A stretch of 64,000 nt of DNA from an uncultured Planctomycetota bacterium (GTDB taxonomy: Bacteria; Planctomycetota; Phycisphaerae; Tepidisphaerales; Tepidisphaeraceae), in contig CAWJEN010000006.1 in assembly GCA_963841915.1 (NCBI GenBank), positions 896,001-960,000 on the forward strand. The letters run 5' to 3'. How positions within the stretch are numbered: the first letter of the stretch is position 1; every line of letters begins with the position of its first letter. The notes beneath the pieces were generated by a model, which did not search any database, was not told where the DNA came from, and saw only the letters and a program-made list of their open reading frames with translations. The translations under genes and the position numbers were made by a program. Shown in pieces: positions 1 to 8,874 of this stretch.

Positions 1-616
1 GGGCTATGGACGCTCCGCCGGCGTAGGCGGCAAGTCCACCTGTTAAACCGAGCACAAGGACAGTCGTCGCCGCCACAAGCCAGATCGTCAGGCTCGTCGG
101 GGCGATGATGGCCATCAACAACGGCAAAATTGCCCCGCAGGTGAAGGCAGCCCCCGATGCCACCGCCGCTTGGATCGGTCGGGCTGCAAGCTGCTCGCTG
201 ATGCCCAACTCGTCTCGTGCGTGCGCGCCCAGCGCGTCATGGGCCGTCAGCGCGTCGGCTACCTGACGGGCCAGGTCCGCGTCGAGGCCACGGGTCATGT
301 AGATGCTCGCCAGCTCGTCGCGTTCGCCTTGCGGATTCCGCTCAAGTTCACGCTCCTCCATCTTCAGGTCGGCTCTTTCGAGATCGGCCTGCGACTGCAC
401 GGAGACATACTCGCCTGCCGCCATCGAGATCGCGCCTGCGACAAGTGCCGCCGTCCCAGCGATCAGGGTCGCAGAGGGTCCGACATCGCTGGCTGCGACA
501 CCGACGACCACGCTGGCAACGCTGACGATGCCGTCATTGGCTCCGAGCACAGCCGCGCGGAGCCACCCGGTTCTGCCGGTGCGGTGCGACTCTTCGTGAG
601 CGATTGGAAGGGTCAT
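1..616 (-). CDS. VIT1/CCC1 family iron/manganese transporter (3' end outside window)
   Basis: Manual minus-strand translation from ATG at 616: [32 protein letters not shown]...ISMAAGEYVSVQSQADLE, the VIT1/CCC1 signature. Start overlaps the leuB stop (ATGA). Absent from the ORF track because it runs off the window edge. Confidence 0.9.
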   Translation of the reverse strand, partial: MTLPIAHEESHRTGRTGWLRAAVLGANDGIVSVASVVVGVAASDVGPSATLIAGTAALVAGAISMAAGEYVSVQSQADLERADLKMEERELERNPQGERDELASIYMTRGLDADLARQVADALTAHDALGAHARDELGISEQLAARPIQAAVASGAAFTCGAILPLLMAIIAPTSLTIWLVAATTVLVLGLTGGLAAYAGGASIA

Positions 617-1689
617 GACATGGCCTTTACAACGGCATCGCCAATCTGATGCGTCTTGGCATTACCGCCGAGGTCGGCGGTGTAATTGGAAGCGTCACCG
701 AGGATGGAGTGAACAGCCGCTTTGACCCGGTGGGCCGCTTCCGGTTGGCCGCAGTGGTCGAGCATCATTGCCGCCGACAGGATAGCCGCCACGGGGTTCG
801 CCACGCCCTTGCCGGCAATGTCGGGAGCACTGCCGTGAACGGGTTCGAACATGCTGGCCTTGCGACGTTCGGGGTCGAGGTTTCCGCTCGCCGCCACGCC
901 CATACCGCCGCTGATGGCTGCACCGAGGTCGGTGAGGATGTCGCCGAACATGTTCGTCGTCACGATCACGCCGTACTGCTTGGGGTTGGTGACCATGTAC
1001 ATGCAGCAGGCGTCGACGTGCTGGTAGTCGGCTGTGATCTGCGGGTACTCGGCAGCGACCTCGCGATAAGCCCTCGCCCACAGGTCATGAGCAAACCGCA
1101 ACACGTTGGTCTTGGCGACGAGCGTGACCTTGTCTCTGCCAGTCTTGACCGCCGTCTCGAAGGCGTAGCGGATGACACGCTCCACGCCGTGCCGTGTGGT
1201 CACTTCGATCTGGTTGGCGACCTCGTGGGGCGTTCCCTTGTAGAGGAAACCACCCTGGCCGCAGTAGAGCCCTTCGGTGTTTTCGCGGACGACGATGAAG
1301 TCGATCGTCTCTGCCGACTGACCGGCGAGCGGCGTCTTGACGCCCGGCAGCAGTGTCACCGGCCGCAGGTTCACGTACTGGTCGAGCCCGAACCGCATCT
1401 TGAGCAGGATTTCGGTTTCGAGAAGCCCCTGCGGGATCCTGGCCATGCCCGCCGGCTCGACGCCGACGGCTCCGAACAGCACCGCGTCCATCTGCCCGAT
1501 CTCATCGAGGTCGGCATCGCTGAGCGTCTTGCCGGTCTCGAGGTAGTGGGCGGCACCGTGCGGATAGTCGCGTGTCTTGATGGCAAAGCCGAACCGCTCA
1601 GCGGCAGCTTTGATGACTTTCAAGGCTTCTGCGGTGACTTCAGGTCCCACGCCGTCACCGGGCATAATTGCTAGATTCAGCTCGTTCAT
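613..1689 (-). CDS. leuB: 3-isopropylmalate dehydrogenase
   Basis: [28 protein letters not shown] and [15 protein letters not shown] motifs. Confidence 0.9.
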   Translation of the reverse strand: MNELNLAIMPGDGVGPEVTAEALKVIKAAAERFGFAIKTRDYPHGAAHYLETGKTLSDADLDEIGQMDAVLFGAVGVEPAGMARIPQGLLETEILLKMRFGLDQYVNLRPVTLLPGVKTPLAGQSAETIDFIVVRENTEGLYCGQGGFLYKGTPHEVANQIEVTTRHGVERVIRYAFETAVKTGRDKVTLVAKTNVLRFAHDLWARAYREVAAEYPQITADYQHVDACCMYMVTNPKQYGVIVTTNMFGDILTDLGAAISGGMGVAASGNLDPERRKASMFEPVHGSAPDIAGKGVANPVAAILSAAMMLDHCGQPEAAHRVKAAVHSILGDASNYTADLGGNAKTHQIGDAVVKAMS

Positions 1690-1711
1690 GGCAACAACTT
1701 AGTCCGCGTCA

Positions 1712-1856
1712 GAGGATCGCGAAGATGCGAAGGAGCAAAGGGACGCGAAGGCCGAAGTTGCAAAAGGAAAGGAAAGATCACCTTCACCCGATCCGACACT
1801 TCATGCGTCCGCTGCTCCTTCGCGGATCTTCGTCTCTTCGCTGCTTCGCGCTCCTC
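1712..1856. repeat. Imperfect 40-bp inverted repeat built from periodic (GC)GAAG units
   Basis: Arms 1712-1751 and 1817-1856 match 30/40 in reverse complement. The right arm lies inside the miaA 3' end. Confidence 0.7.
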
Positions 1857-2748
1857 CGGACCAGGCGCTCGTCACTTGCTCCACATTGGCCTCCAGCTCC
1901 GCCTCGCCCGGCAGCCAGGTGGTCCGCTCGAAACGGCGGAACCAGCTCATCTGTCTCTTGGCGAGCTGGCGGGTCTTGATCTTGATCTGCTCGGTCGCGT
2001 CAGTGATCTTCATGCGGCCGCGGACGACCTGCGTCAGAAACCGGTAGCCGGCGGCGTCTCGGGCGGTCGGTGACAGCTCGCCGTGACGCTCCAGCAACGC
2101 TTGCACCTCGTCGAGCCAACCGGCCTCCATCATGAGTTTGGTCCGCGCGTTGATCCGTCGATTCAGCGTGGGCCGATCCCACGCCAGGCCGAAGCGCACA
2201 CTGTCGACGACATCGGGACCTTGTTCCCATTGCTGTTGGTGCTGCGTCAGCGGGACGCCGGTCAGGTGATGGACCTCCAGGGCCCGGATCAGTCGACGCG
2301 TGTCGTTGCGGGCGATTCGCTGAGCCGATTCGGGATCGATCTCGGCCACCCGTCGTCGCAGTTCGTCCTCGGGCACCTCGCGATGTTCCACGCGGAACAT
2401 CTCATCCGCAGGCGGACCGTCGAAAAGCCCGCGGAAGAGCGACTGGTAGTACAGAGGCGTCCCGCCACACGCGATCACAGGTCGCTCGCCGGCGATGACG
2501 TTTTTGGCTTCGCTGAGCCATTGGGCGACGGTGAAGGACTCGGTCGGCTCGACGAGATCCAGCCCTTCGTAGGTCACCTCCGTCCGCTCGGCATGGCTCG
2601 CCTTGGCGGTGCCGATGTCCATGCCGCGGTAGACGGTCATCGAGTCGACGGCCAGCACCACGCCGTCGAGACGCCGGGCGAGCTCGTGTGCTAACGCCGA
2701 CTTCCCCGACGCGGTCGGCCCGAGAATCGCAAGCACACGCGGCGGCAT
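1801..2748 (-). CDS. miaA: tRNA dimethylallyltransferase
   Basis: GPTASGKS P-loop, DSMTVYRGMDIGTAK, GGTPLY, TRQLAKRQMSWFR. Start trimmed to MPPRVLAIL. Confidence 0.95.
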   Translation of the reverse strand: MPPRVLAILGPTASGKSALAHELARRLDGVVLAVDSMTVYRGMDIGTAKASHAERTEVTYEGLDLVEPTESFTVAQWLSEAKNVIAGERPVIACGGTPLYYQSLFRGLFDGPPADEMFRVEHREVPEDELRRRVAEIDPESAQRIARNDTRRLIRALEVHHLTGVPLTQHQQQWEQGPDVVDSVRFGLAWDRPTLNRRINARTKLMMEAGWLDEVQALLERHGELSPTARDAAGYRFLTQVVRGRMKITDATEQIKIKTRQLAKRQMSWFRRFERTTWLPGEAELEANVEQVTSAWSGGARSSEETKIREGAADA

Positions 2749-2880
2749 GCAGGGTTCTATACCGGCCTGCAAGCCGGGTGATCTGAACCCGTGCCACGAC
2801 GCCGGTCTAAGCCCGCGACTGCAATTTTTGTTGCGCGGCGGCGGCCGAATTGGGATCGGGGCGGCGGCAAATGAGCTCAA

Positions 2881-2896
2881 TGTTCCACGTGGAACA
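2881..2896. promoter_or_regulatory. parS: parS centromere site (ParB binding)
   Basis: Perfect 16-bp palindrome TGTTCCACGTGGAACA matching the canonical chromosomal parS consensus. Confidence 0.9.
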
Positions 2897-2954
2897 TCGC
2901 CAACCCTCGCCAGAGGCGCTCAAGACGGTCGGCGGGCTCGGCGAAGGCGCAGAA

Positions 2955-2970
2955 TGTTCCACGTGGAACA
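2955..2970. promoter_or_regulatory. parS: parS centromere site (ParB binding)
   Basis: Perfect palindrome TGTTCCACGTGGAACA. Confidence 0.9.
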
Positions 2971-3120
2971 TTTCGCGATCGAAAAGTGCGTCGGCGGATC
3001 GTCCGCCGTGCGCCGCTTACACGACAAATTTCACAAACGTTTTGCTGGTTTCGACGGCAGTGGGTCGTACAGCTTACGAGGCCGTGCGGTGCTGAAACCG
3101 TTGCGCCGCCGCGGCCGCCT

Positions 3121-4047
3121 TCATGTTGCATCGGCCAGGACGATCCGCGCGTTGCGCTGCCACTGCGGCAGCTTCGTCCGCTTCATCGCGCTGCCACGCA
3201 ACGCCTGGCGATACTGCTCGGGCGACCAGTCGGCCACCGCATTTGCGTCGAGGGTGCCGCTCTGCAGCCCCGGTCGCGGCATCACGTGCTCGTCCGTCGC
3301 AAGCCTCGCCTTGCGGTTCCACGGACACACCTCCTGGCAGATGTCGCACCCGAACAACCACCCGTGCGTCGGCAGCGGAAGCGTGTCGCCGCGGTGCTCG
3401 ATCGTCCAATAGCTGATGCACTTGCGGGCGTCGAGCCGGTAGGGCGTCAGCGCGTCGGTGGGACACGCGTCAAGGCAACGCGTGCACGTTCCGCATCGAT
3501 CAACAGCCGCGGCGTCGGGCGTCAGGTCTGCAGTCGTGAGCACCTCGCCCAGGAGCAGGTAGCTGCCGAGCTTTGTGTCGAGGGCGATGGTGTTCTTGCC
3601 TTGCCAGCCGACGCCTGCCCTGGCGGCCCATTCGCGTTCGAGGACGGGGGCCGTGTCGACGCACACACGTGTCTCGCAGTCCGATTCTTCCCGCAGCCAA
3701 TCGGCCAACGTGTGCAGCCGTCGCTTGATGTGGTCGTGGTAGTCACCGCCCAGCGCGTACCGCGCCACTTTGCCGCGCACGCCCGCCGGCACCGGTTCGA
3801 GCGGCACGTTGTAGCTCAACGCCACCACCACGACGGATCGCGCCCCGGGCAAGTAGTTCTGCACGTCGGCCCGCTCGTCGAACCGATTCTCCAGCCACCG
3901 CATTTCGGCGTGCTGCCCTTCGTCGAGCCACTGCCGCAGAGCCCCGGCCTGCTCCGATGGCTGTGCCGCTGCGACACCGACGGCGTTGAAACCCAGCGCC
4001 CGCGCCCGCTCCTTCGTCGCCTGCGTGAGTCGGAGCTCGGAGATCAT
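3121..4047 (-). CDS. queG: Epoxyqueuosine reductase
   Basis: VARYALGGDYH, DTAPVLEREWA, CGTCTRCLDACPT and GCDICQEVCPWN Fe-S motifs. Confidence 0.95.
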   Translation of the reverse strand: MISELRLTQATKERARALGFNAVGVAAAQPSEQAGALRQWLDEGQHAEMRWLENRFDERADVQNYLPGARSVVVVALSYNVPLEPVPAGVRGKVARYALGGDYHDHIKRRLHTLADWLREESDCETRVCVDTAPVLEREWAARAGVGWQGKNTIALDTKLGSYLLLGEVLTTADLTPDAAAVDRCGTCTRCLDACPTDALTPYRLDARKCISYWTIEHRGDTLPLPTHGWLFGCDICQEVCPWNRKARLATDEHVMPRPGLQSGTLDANAVADWSPEQYRQALRGSAMKRTKLPQWQRNARIVLADAT

Positions 4048-4075
4048 GCCGTCAGACGGTACAGACTTGCTCCAA

Positions 4076-5461
4076 TCAAACCTGATTTTCTGTCCACTTG
4101 CCGCGGTAGAACCGCGAGAACAGCAGCACGCCGCGGACATACAGGTCGATCGCCAGCACACCCCACACCGCCGTCAGCCCGCAATCGAGATACACCACAG
4201 CGACGATGGCCAGCGTCATGCGGATCAGGAACGCACTGCCGAGGTTGCGGACCATCACGGCCGTCGTATCGCCCGCGCCGCGAAGGGCACCGCCGAAAAC
4301 CATCATGGCGGCAAAGCCTAATTGCGACAGGGCGGCAACCCGCAACGCATCACCGGCCGCGGCGGCGACGGCTTCTTCGTTCGTAAACCAGCCGCACAAG
4401 GTCCGCGAGAACATGAAGAACATCAGGCCGCAACCGACCATGAAAACGGCCCCGACGCCAAATGCCAATGTGCCTGCCCGTTTGGCGCGGAGCGGGTTCT
4501 TCATGCCAAGGCTGATGCCGACCATCGTCGCCGCGGCGGTCGAGACGGCAAAGCCGGTCATGTAGCTGAAGGCTTCGACGCGGACCACAATGCCGTGCGC
4601 CGCCGCAGGCACGGTGCCGAGTCTGCCGATGAGCCAGAGGACGACGAAGTTGGCGCCCCAGAAGCTCAAGCCCTCGACGCCGCTGGGGATGCCGATCTTG
4701 AGCAGGCGGCGGATCATCGGAACGTCGGGCCTGAGCCGGTGGGGCAAAAGCCGCAGCTTGCTGGGCCCTTTGCCCCAGAGCAATGCTGCCAGGACGACGA
4801 ACGCGCCGCCGCCGTAGGCGATGGTCGTGCCCCAGGCGATGCCGGTGAAGCCCAGCTGAGGCAGCGGTCCCCAGCCGTAAACGAGGCCGAACGACAGCAG
4901 GACGTTCGTCACGTCGATGACGATCATCGCCAGCATGGGCGTGATCGTGTCACCCGCCCCGCGCAGGCAGGCGTTGCCGATGAAGGTGAAGACGGCCAGC
5001 GGCACACCGATGCCGACAATGCGGGTGAACTGCGTGATGTACGCCTGCGCCTGCGGGTCTTCGAGTCCGAACCAACCACCGGCCGGGCCGGCGAGGGTGA
5101 GCAGCAGCGTGCCAAGCACCACACCCACCGCCGCGGCAAGCAGGAACGATTGACCGACCGCCGCCCGGGCCGTCGAACGGTCGCGGGCGCCGTACGCACG
5201 GCTGATGACAGCCGTCGAGCCCGTGCCGATCGAGCCGGTCATCAGGCCCAGGAACCAGAGCACGTAAGCCGTCGCACCGACGGCGGCACCGGCGGCATTG
5301 TCGAGCTGGTTGGCCAAGTACGTGTCGGTGAGGCCGACGAAGATGTGCAGGAAGTTCTCGGCCGCAATCGGCAGGCCGAGTATGAACAGCCGCTTGAGCA
5401 GGTATGGGTAGCTGCTGTCGTTGGAGACCTGCACCGCGGGTTGAACATCGGCCCGCAGCAT
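4076..5461 (-). CDS. MATE family efflux transporter
   Basis: About 12 hydrophobic segments with duplicated LRGAGDT motifs. Confidence 0.9.
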   Translation of the reverse strand: MLRADVQPAVQVSNDSSYPYLLKRLFILGLPIAAENFLHIFVGLTDTYLANQLDNAAGAAVGATAYVLWFLGLMTGSIGTGSTAVISRAYGARDRSTARAAVGQSFLLAAAVGVVLGTLLLTLAGPAGGWFGLEDPQAQAYITQFTRIVGIGVPLAVFTFIGNACLRGAGDTITPMLAMIVIDVTNVLLSFGLVYGWGPLPQLGFTGIAWGTTIAYGGGAFVVLAALLWGKGPSKLRLLPHRLRPDVPMIRRLLKIGIPSGVEGLSFWGANFVVLWLIGRLGTVPAAAHGIVVRVEAFSYMTGFAVSTAAATMVGISLGMKNPLRAKRAGTLAFGVGAVFMVGCGLMFFMFSRTLCGWFTNEEAVAAAAGDALRVAALSQLGFAAMMVFGGALRGAGDTTAVMVRNLGSAFLIRMTLAIVAVVYLDCGLTAVWGVLAIDLYVRGVLLFSRFYRGKWTENQV

Positions 5462-5530
5462 CGAGGCCCAGCGTAGCGCTCCTGCGACCGGTCATTGTGC
5501 CTACCCGCCACAGGCGGTAGCGTCAGGCCC

Positions 5531-6478
5531 ATGATCGTTTGTCTCGGCACGTCACCCACGTTTCAACGCACAATGGTGTTCGGCACGATTACGGCTGACG
5601 ACGTCAACCGCTCGGACCAGTGTCACGACTTTGCCAGCGGAAAGGCGACCAACGCAGCTCGTGTGCTTCACTCGCTGGGTCGGCCGGCGACGCTTGTCAC
5701 CGTTGCCGGTGGTGATCGAGGGCCATTGTTCCTGGCCGACCTAAATCGCGCGGGCATCGCGGTGCGGGCGGTGCAGGTGACGACACCGACGCGGCTGTGC
5801 GTGACCGTGATTGATCAGGGACGACGGCATTCGACGGAGCTGGTCGAGGAGCCACGCCCGCTCGATGCCGACGTCGCCGACGCACTCGCCGCCGAGCTGG
5901 AAGCGGCTCTTCAAGGAGCCAGGATGCTGGTGTTGTCGGGTAAATTGGCTCCGGGCCTCCCGGACAACTTTCTGGCCCGCGCGGTGCAGGCGGCCAACGA
6001 GCGTGGCGTGCGGTCGGTGCTCGACACGAGGAAAGAGCCGCTGCACGAAGCACTCGAAGCCAGGCCGTTCATCGTCAAGCCCAACCGAAGTGAGCTGGCC
6101 GAAACGGTCGGCCGCAGCGTCGACTCTCGATCGGCCATGCACGATGCGATGGCGATGCTGGTTGATCGCGGCGCGCAACACGTTGTCTGCACCCGCGGCA
6201 GAGACGGCTCGAGCCTGTGCGGGCGCGACGAGGCCGGTGACATCCGCTTCTGGAACGTGTCGACGCCGTCAGTGGAGTCGGTGAGCCCGATCGGGTGCGG
6301 CGACGCCTTTGCGGCCGGGCTTGCCGCTGGACTTCGTGATGGTGCGAGCGTGGTCGAGGCTTGCCGCTTCGCCTCGGCGTGCGGAGCCGCAAATGCCCTG
6401 ACGCCGCACGCCGGACACCTGGACGCCCCGACGGCTCAGGCACTGCTTGAGCAGGTGAAGGTGCGTCAAATCGATTGA
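5531..6478 (+). CDS. PfkB/1-phosphofructokinase-family carbohydrate kinase
   Basis: ASGKATNAARVL, IVKPNRSEL, SPIGCGDAFAAG. Confidence 0.9.
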   Translation: MIVCLGTSPTFQRTMVFGTITADDVNRSDQCHDFASGKATNAARVLHSLGRPATLVTVAGGDRGPLFLADLNRAGIAVRAVQVTTPTRLCVTVIDQGRRHSTELVEEPRPLDADVADALAAELEAALQGARMLVLSGKLAPGLPDNFLARAVQAANERGVRSVLDTRKEPLHEALEARPFIVKPNRSELAETVGRSVDSRSAMHDAMAMLVDRGAQHVVCTRGRDGSSLCGRDEAGDIRFWNVSTPSVESVSPIGCGDAFAAGLAAGLRDGASVVEACRFASACGAANALTPHAGHLDAPTAQALLEQVKVRQID

Positions 6479-6585
6479 AGCCACAAGAAGCTTTGCCTCG
6501 TCAACGCGTGCGATGGCTGGCGTAACGTGACGTCCCGTGGCAGCCGATGCTCGGGAAAGGGATCGCCTGTTCGACCTGAATCCGC

Positions 6586-7203
6586 ATGGCACGCCGTCTG
6601 TTTCGCAAGCTCATGCCGCAGGAACGCTTTGTCAGCGGCAATCCGGTGCTGCGCTTCTTCGGCAAGACGATTCTGAACAAGCGGCTGTGGCACCTCAACC
6701 GCCACAGCGCAGCCGTGGGTGCGGCGAGCGGCGTCTTCTGGGCGTGGATCTGCCTGCCCGTGCAAACCCTCGGTGCCGTGACGACCGCGTGGATCGGTCG
6801 GGGCAACGTGCCGCTGTCGATGGCGTTCACGTGGGTGAGCAACCCGCTCACGTGGCTGCCTTGTTTCTGGCTTGCGTACAAGGTCGGGCTGCCGTTCACG
6901 CCCGCCGAAGAAATTGACATTAAGGCCCTCATCCGCCCGCTCATGGACGGCGAGTGGTCGACGGCCGGTCGGCTGTTCCTGCACGACTTGCCGCAGCTTT
7001 ACCCGATGTACATCGGCGGGACGATCCTGGGCCTCATGACCGGCGGGCTGACCTACGCGGTCGTGAGCCTGATGTGGCGGTGGCACGTCGGTCGCCGCTG
7101 GCGAAAACGGCACAGCCTGTTCGTCAGCGACAAGCCACGGCCTCTATCACGCGGCATCGCCGCCTTGTCGAGGCTGCGCCACCTCAAGCGACCGGCCACC
7201 TGA
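6586..7203 (+). CDS. DUF2062-like membrane protein
   Basis: LWHLNRHSAAVG...TWVSNPLT pattern typical of DUF2062. Confidence 0.75.
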   Translation: MARRLFRKLMPQERFVSGNPVLRFFGKTILNKRLWHLNRHSAAVGAASGVFWAWICLPVQTLGAVTTAWIGRGNVPLSMAFTWVSNPLTWLPCFWLAYKVGLPFTPAEEIDIKALIRPLMDGEWSTAGRLFLHDLPQLYPMYIGGTILGLMTGGLTYAVVSLMWRWHVGRRWRKRHSLFVSDKPRPLSRGIAALSRLRHLKRPAT

Positions 7204-8004
7204 TCAAGCGGCAACGAATCGCGTCTCCAGCGTGCCGATGCCGTTGACGGATGCCCTCGTGACGTCGCCGTCCTTCAGGAACACGGGCGGCATTCGGGCG
7301 GCACCGACGCCGGCCGGGGTGCCTGTCAGAATCACGCTGCCGGCTCGGACCGTCATCGTCTGGCTCAGCGACGACACGATCGTCGGCACGTCGAAGATGA
7401 GCTCACTCGTGCTCGACGCCTGCATGGTCTGGCCGTTGAGTGTCAGCGAGATCGGCAGGTCGCTGACGTCGTCGAGCTCGTCAGCCGTCACGATGGCCGG
7501 GCCGAGCGGGCAGAAGCCGTCGAAGCTCTTGCCACGTGAGAACTGGCCACCGTTGAGACGCTTGTCTTTCTGCCAGTCGCGGGCCGACACGTCGTTGGCG
7601 ATCGTGTAGCCGAAGACGTACTGCATCGCATGACCGACGCTGACGTTTTTCACGTCGCGCCCGATGACGATGACCAGCTCGGCCTCGTAGTCGACCTGCC
7701 CGCTGTTGCCCGGCAACACGACCGCGTCCTTGGGATGACCCAGACTGTTGGAGCTCTTGATGAAGAGCATCGGGTTGTCAGGCGTTGTCGAGTTCGTCTC
7801 GGCTGCGTGGTCGCGATAGTTCAGGCCGATGCAGAGGATGTCCGTCGGCATGATCGGCGCCAGCAGCACGTCGGTTGAAGGCTTGGCGACGCGCGTGCCG
7901 GTCGGCTTTGGATCGAGCGACGTGCCGTCGCAGAGCTCGACGTCCTCGTCATGCTCGATGGCAAGAACGGGGTGGCCGTCGTGGAGGAAGCGGAGGATGC
8001 GCAT
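7204..8004 (-). CDS. Fumarylacetoacetate hydrolase family protein
   Basis: CIGLNYRDHA, VDYEAELV, GYTIANDVSARDWQ, ILTGTPAGVG. Confidence 0.92.
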   Translation of the reverse strand: MRILRFLHDGHPVLAIEHDEDVELCDGTSLDPKPTGTRVAKPSTDVLLAPIMPTDILCIGLNYRDHAAETNSTTPDNPMLFIKSSNSLGHPKDAVVLPGNSGQVDYEAELVIVIGRDVKNVSVGHAMQYVFGYTIANDVSARDWQKDKRLNGGQFSRGKSFDGFCPLGPAIVTADELDDVSDLPISLTLNGQTMQASSTSELIFDVPTIVSSLSQTMTVRAGSVILTGTPAGVGAARMPPVFLKDGDVTRASVNGIGTLETRFVAA

Positions 8005-8036
8005 GCACCTTCTTAGCGTCGCACCAGCAGGTTCGC

Positions 8037-8849
8037 CTACTCGGCCGTCGGCGGCAGGACTTGCGTCGCGCCTTCGGGCTTGTCAAACGACGCCTCGTCT
8101 GCATCGACGAAGCGGAGGTTTGTCAGCACGACCTCGCCGTAGAGGTCAGGGTTGATTCCGTCCTGCTCGTTCCAGAGGTGGAAGGTCCAGTCGGTGCTGA
8201 CGATGACGCCGGTCTTATGGCCGTCGGCGTCGGGCACGTCGATGAAGTTGCTGTAGACGATGGCGTGCGGGTCGGCTTCGGCCTCTTCGACCGTCTTGCC
8301 GTAGGTGACGGTGTAAGCCGCGGCGGCGAGCTGGTTGTTGGTGTTGATGTAGAGCTTGTACCAGTCATCGGGCGAATCCCCGACGCCGCTGTCGAACGTC
8401 AGCTTGCCGCGTCGCATCAATGGCCCGTCGGCGTCGACGTCGAGTTTGGCATCATCCATTAACTCGATACGCGTGCCGCCGTCGTCGAGCTTGAACGGCA
8501 TCATCGCGAAGTAGGGCCACGTGATGAGATGAAACCGCGACCGGGCCAGAGCATCTTCGTCCGTCACCCAAGCCGTCGAGCCGTCGAAGACAGCGACGGT
8601 GCCGTCAACCGTTTCCAGCCGCACCATGCCGACATTGGGCGTCCACCAGAACTTCGCCTCGTCCAGGACCGTGTTACCGCGGAACGTGACGGTGACGTCG
8701 GCATACAGCACCGAATCGGCCGGTATGGCAGCCTTGCCGTGAGCCGCGGCCACATCAGCCGGCAAATCGAGCGACTCGGCGTGCGCCGTAGCGGCCCAGG
8801 CTGCCATGCCATAGGCGATGAAGGCCACGACCGGTGACGAGAAATTCAT
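8037..8849 (-). CDS. Exported hypothetical protein (DUF6503-like)
   Basis: Signal-peptide-like N-terminus. YFAMMPFKL and GVGDSPDDWY motifs recall DUF6503 proteins (from memory, not searched). Confidence 0.6.
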   Translation of the reverse strand: MNFSSPVVAFIAYGMAAWAATAHAESLDLPADVAAAHGKAAIPADSVLYADVTVTFRGNTVLDEAKFWWTPNVGMVRLETVDGTVAVFDGSTAWVTDEDALARSRFHLITWPYFAMMPFKLDDGGTRIELMDDAKLDVDADGPLMRRGKLTFDSGVGDSPDDWYKLYINTNNQLAAAAYTVTYGKTVEEAEADPHAIVYSNFIDVPDADGHKTGVIVSTDWTFHLWNEQDGINPDLYGEVVLTNLRFVDADEASFDKPEGATQVLPPTAE

Positions 8850-8874
8850 GCCACGATCGTAACGCGTTCGACGT

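Larger units (their letters stand above)
2832..3119. repeat. parS-pair cassette, copy 1
   Basis: Box TGCGCGGCGGCGGCC 2832-2846, parS 2881-2896 and 2955-2970, box TGCGTCGGCGGATCGT 2987-3002, box TGCGCCGCCGCGGCCGCC 3102-3119. Same layout at 36 kb and 57 kb. Confidence 0.85.

Noticed and set aside
2881..2970. parS pairs read as a mini CRISPR array (repeat-spacer-repeat)
   Set aside because: The repeats are only 16-bp perfect palindromes identical to parS, there are two per locus with 52-60 nt spacers, and no cas genes are present.
2747..3131. Short ORFs containing MFHVEH / CSTWN / VPRGT peptides (also at 36 kb and 57 kb)
   Set aside because: These peptides are translations of the parS palindrome, not a protein family.
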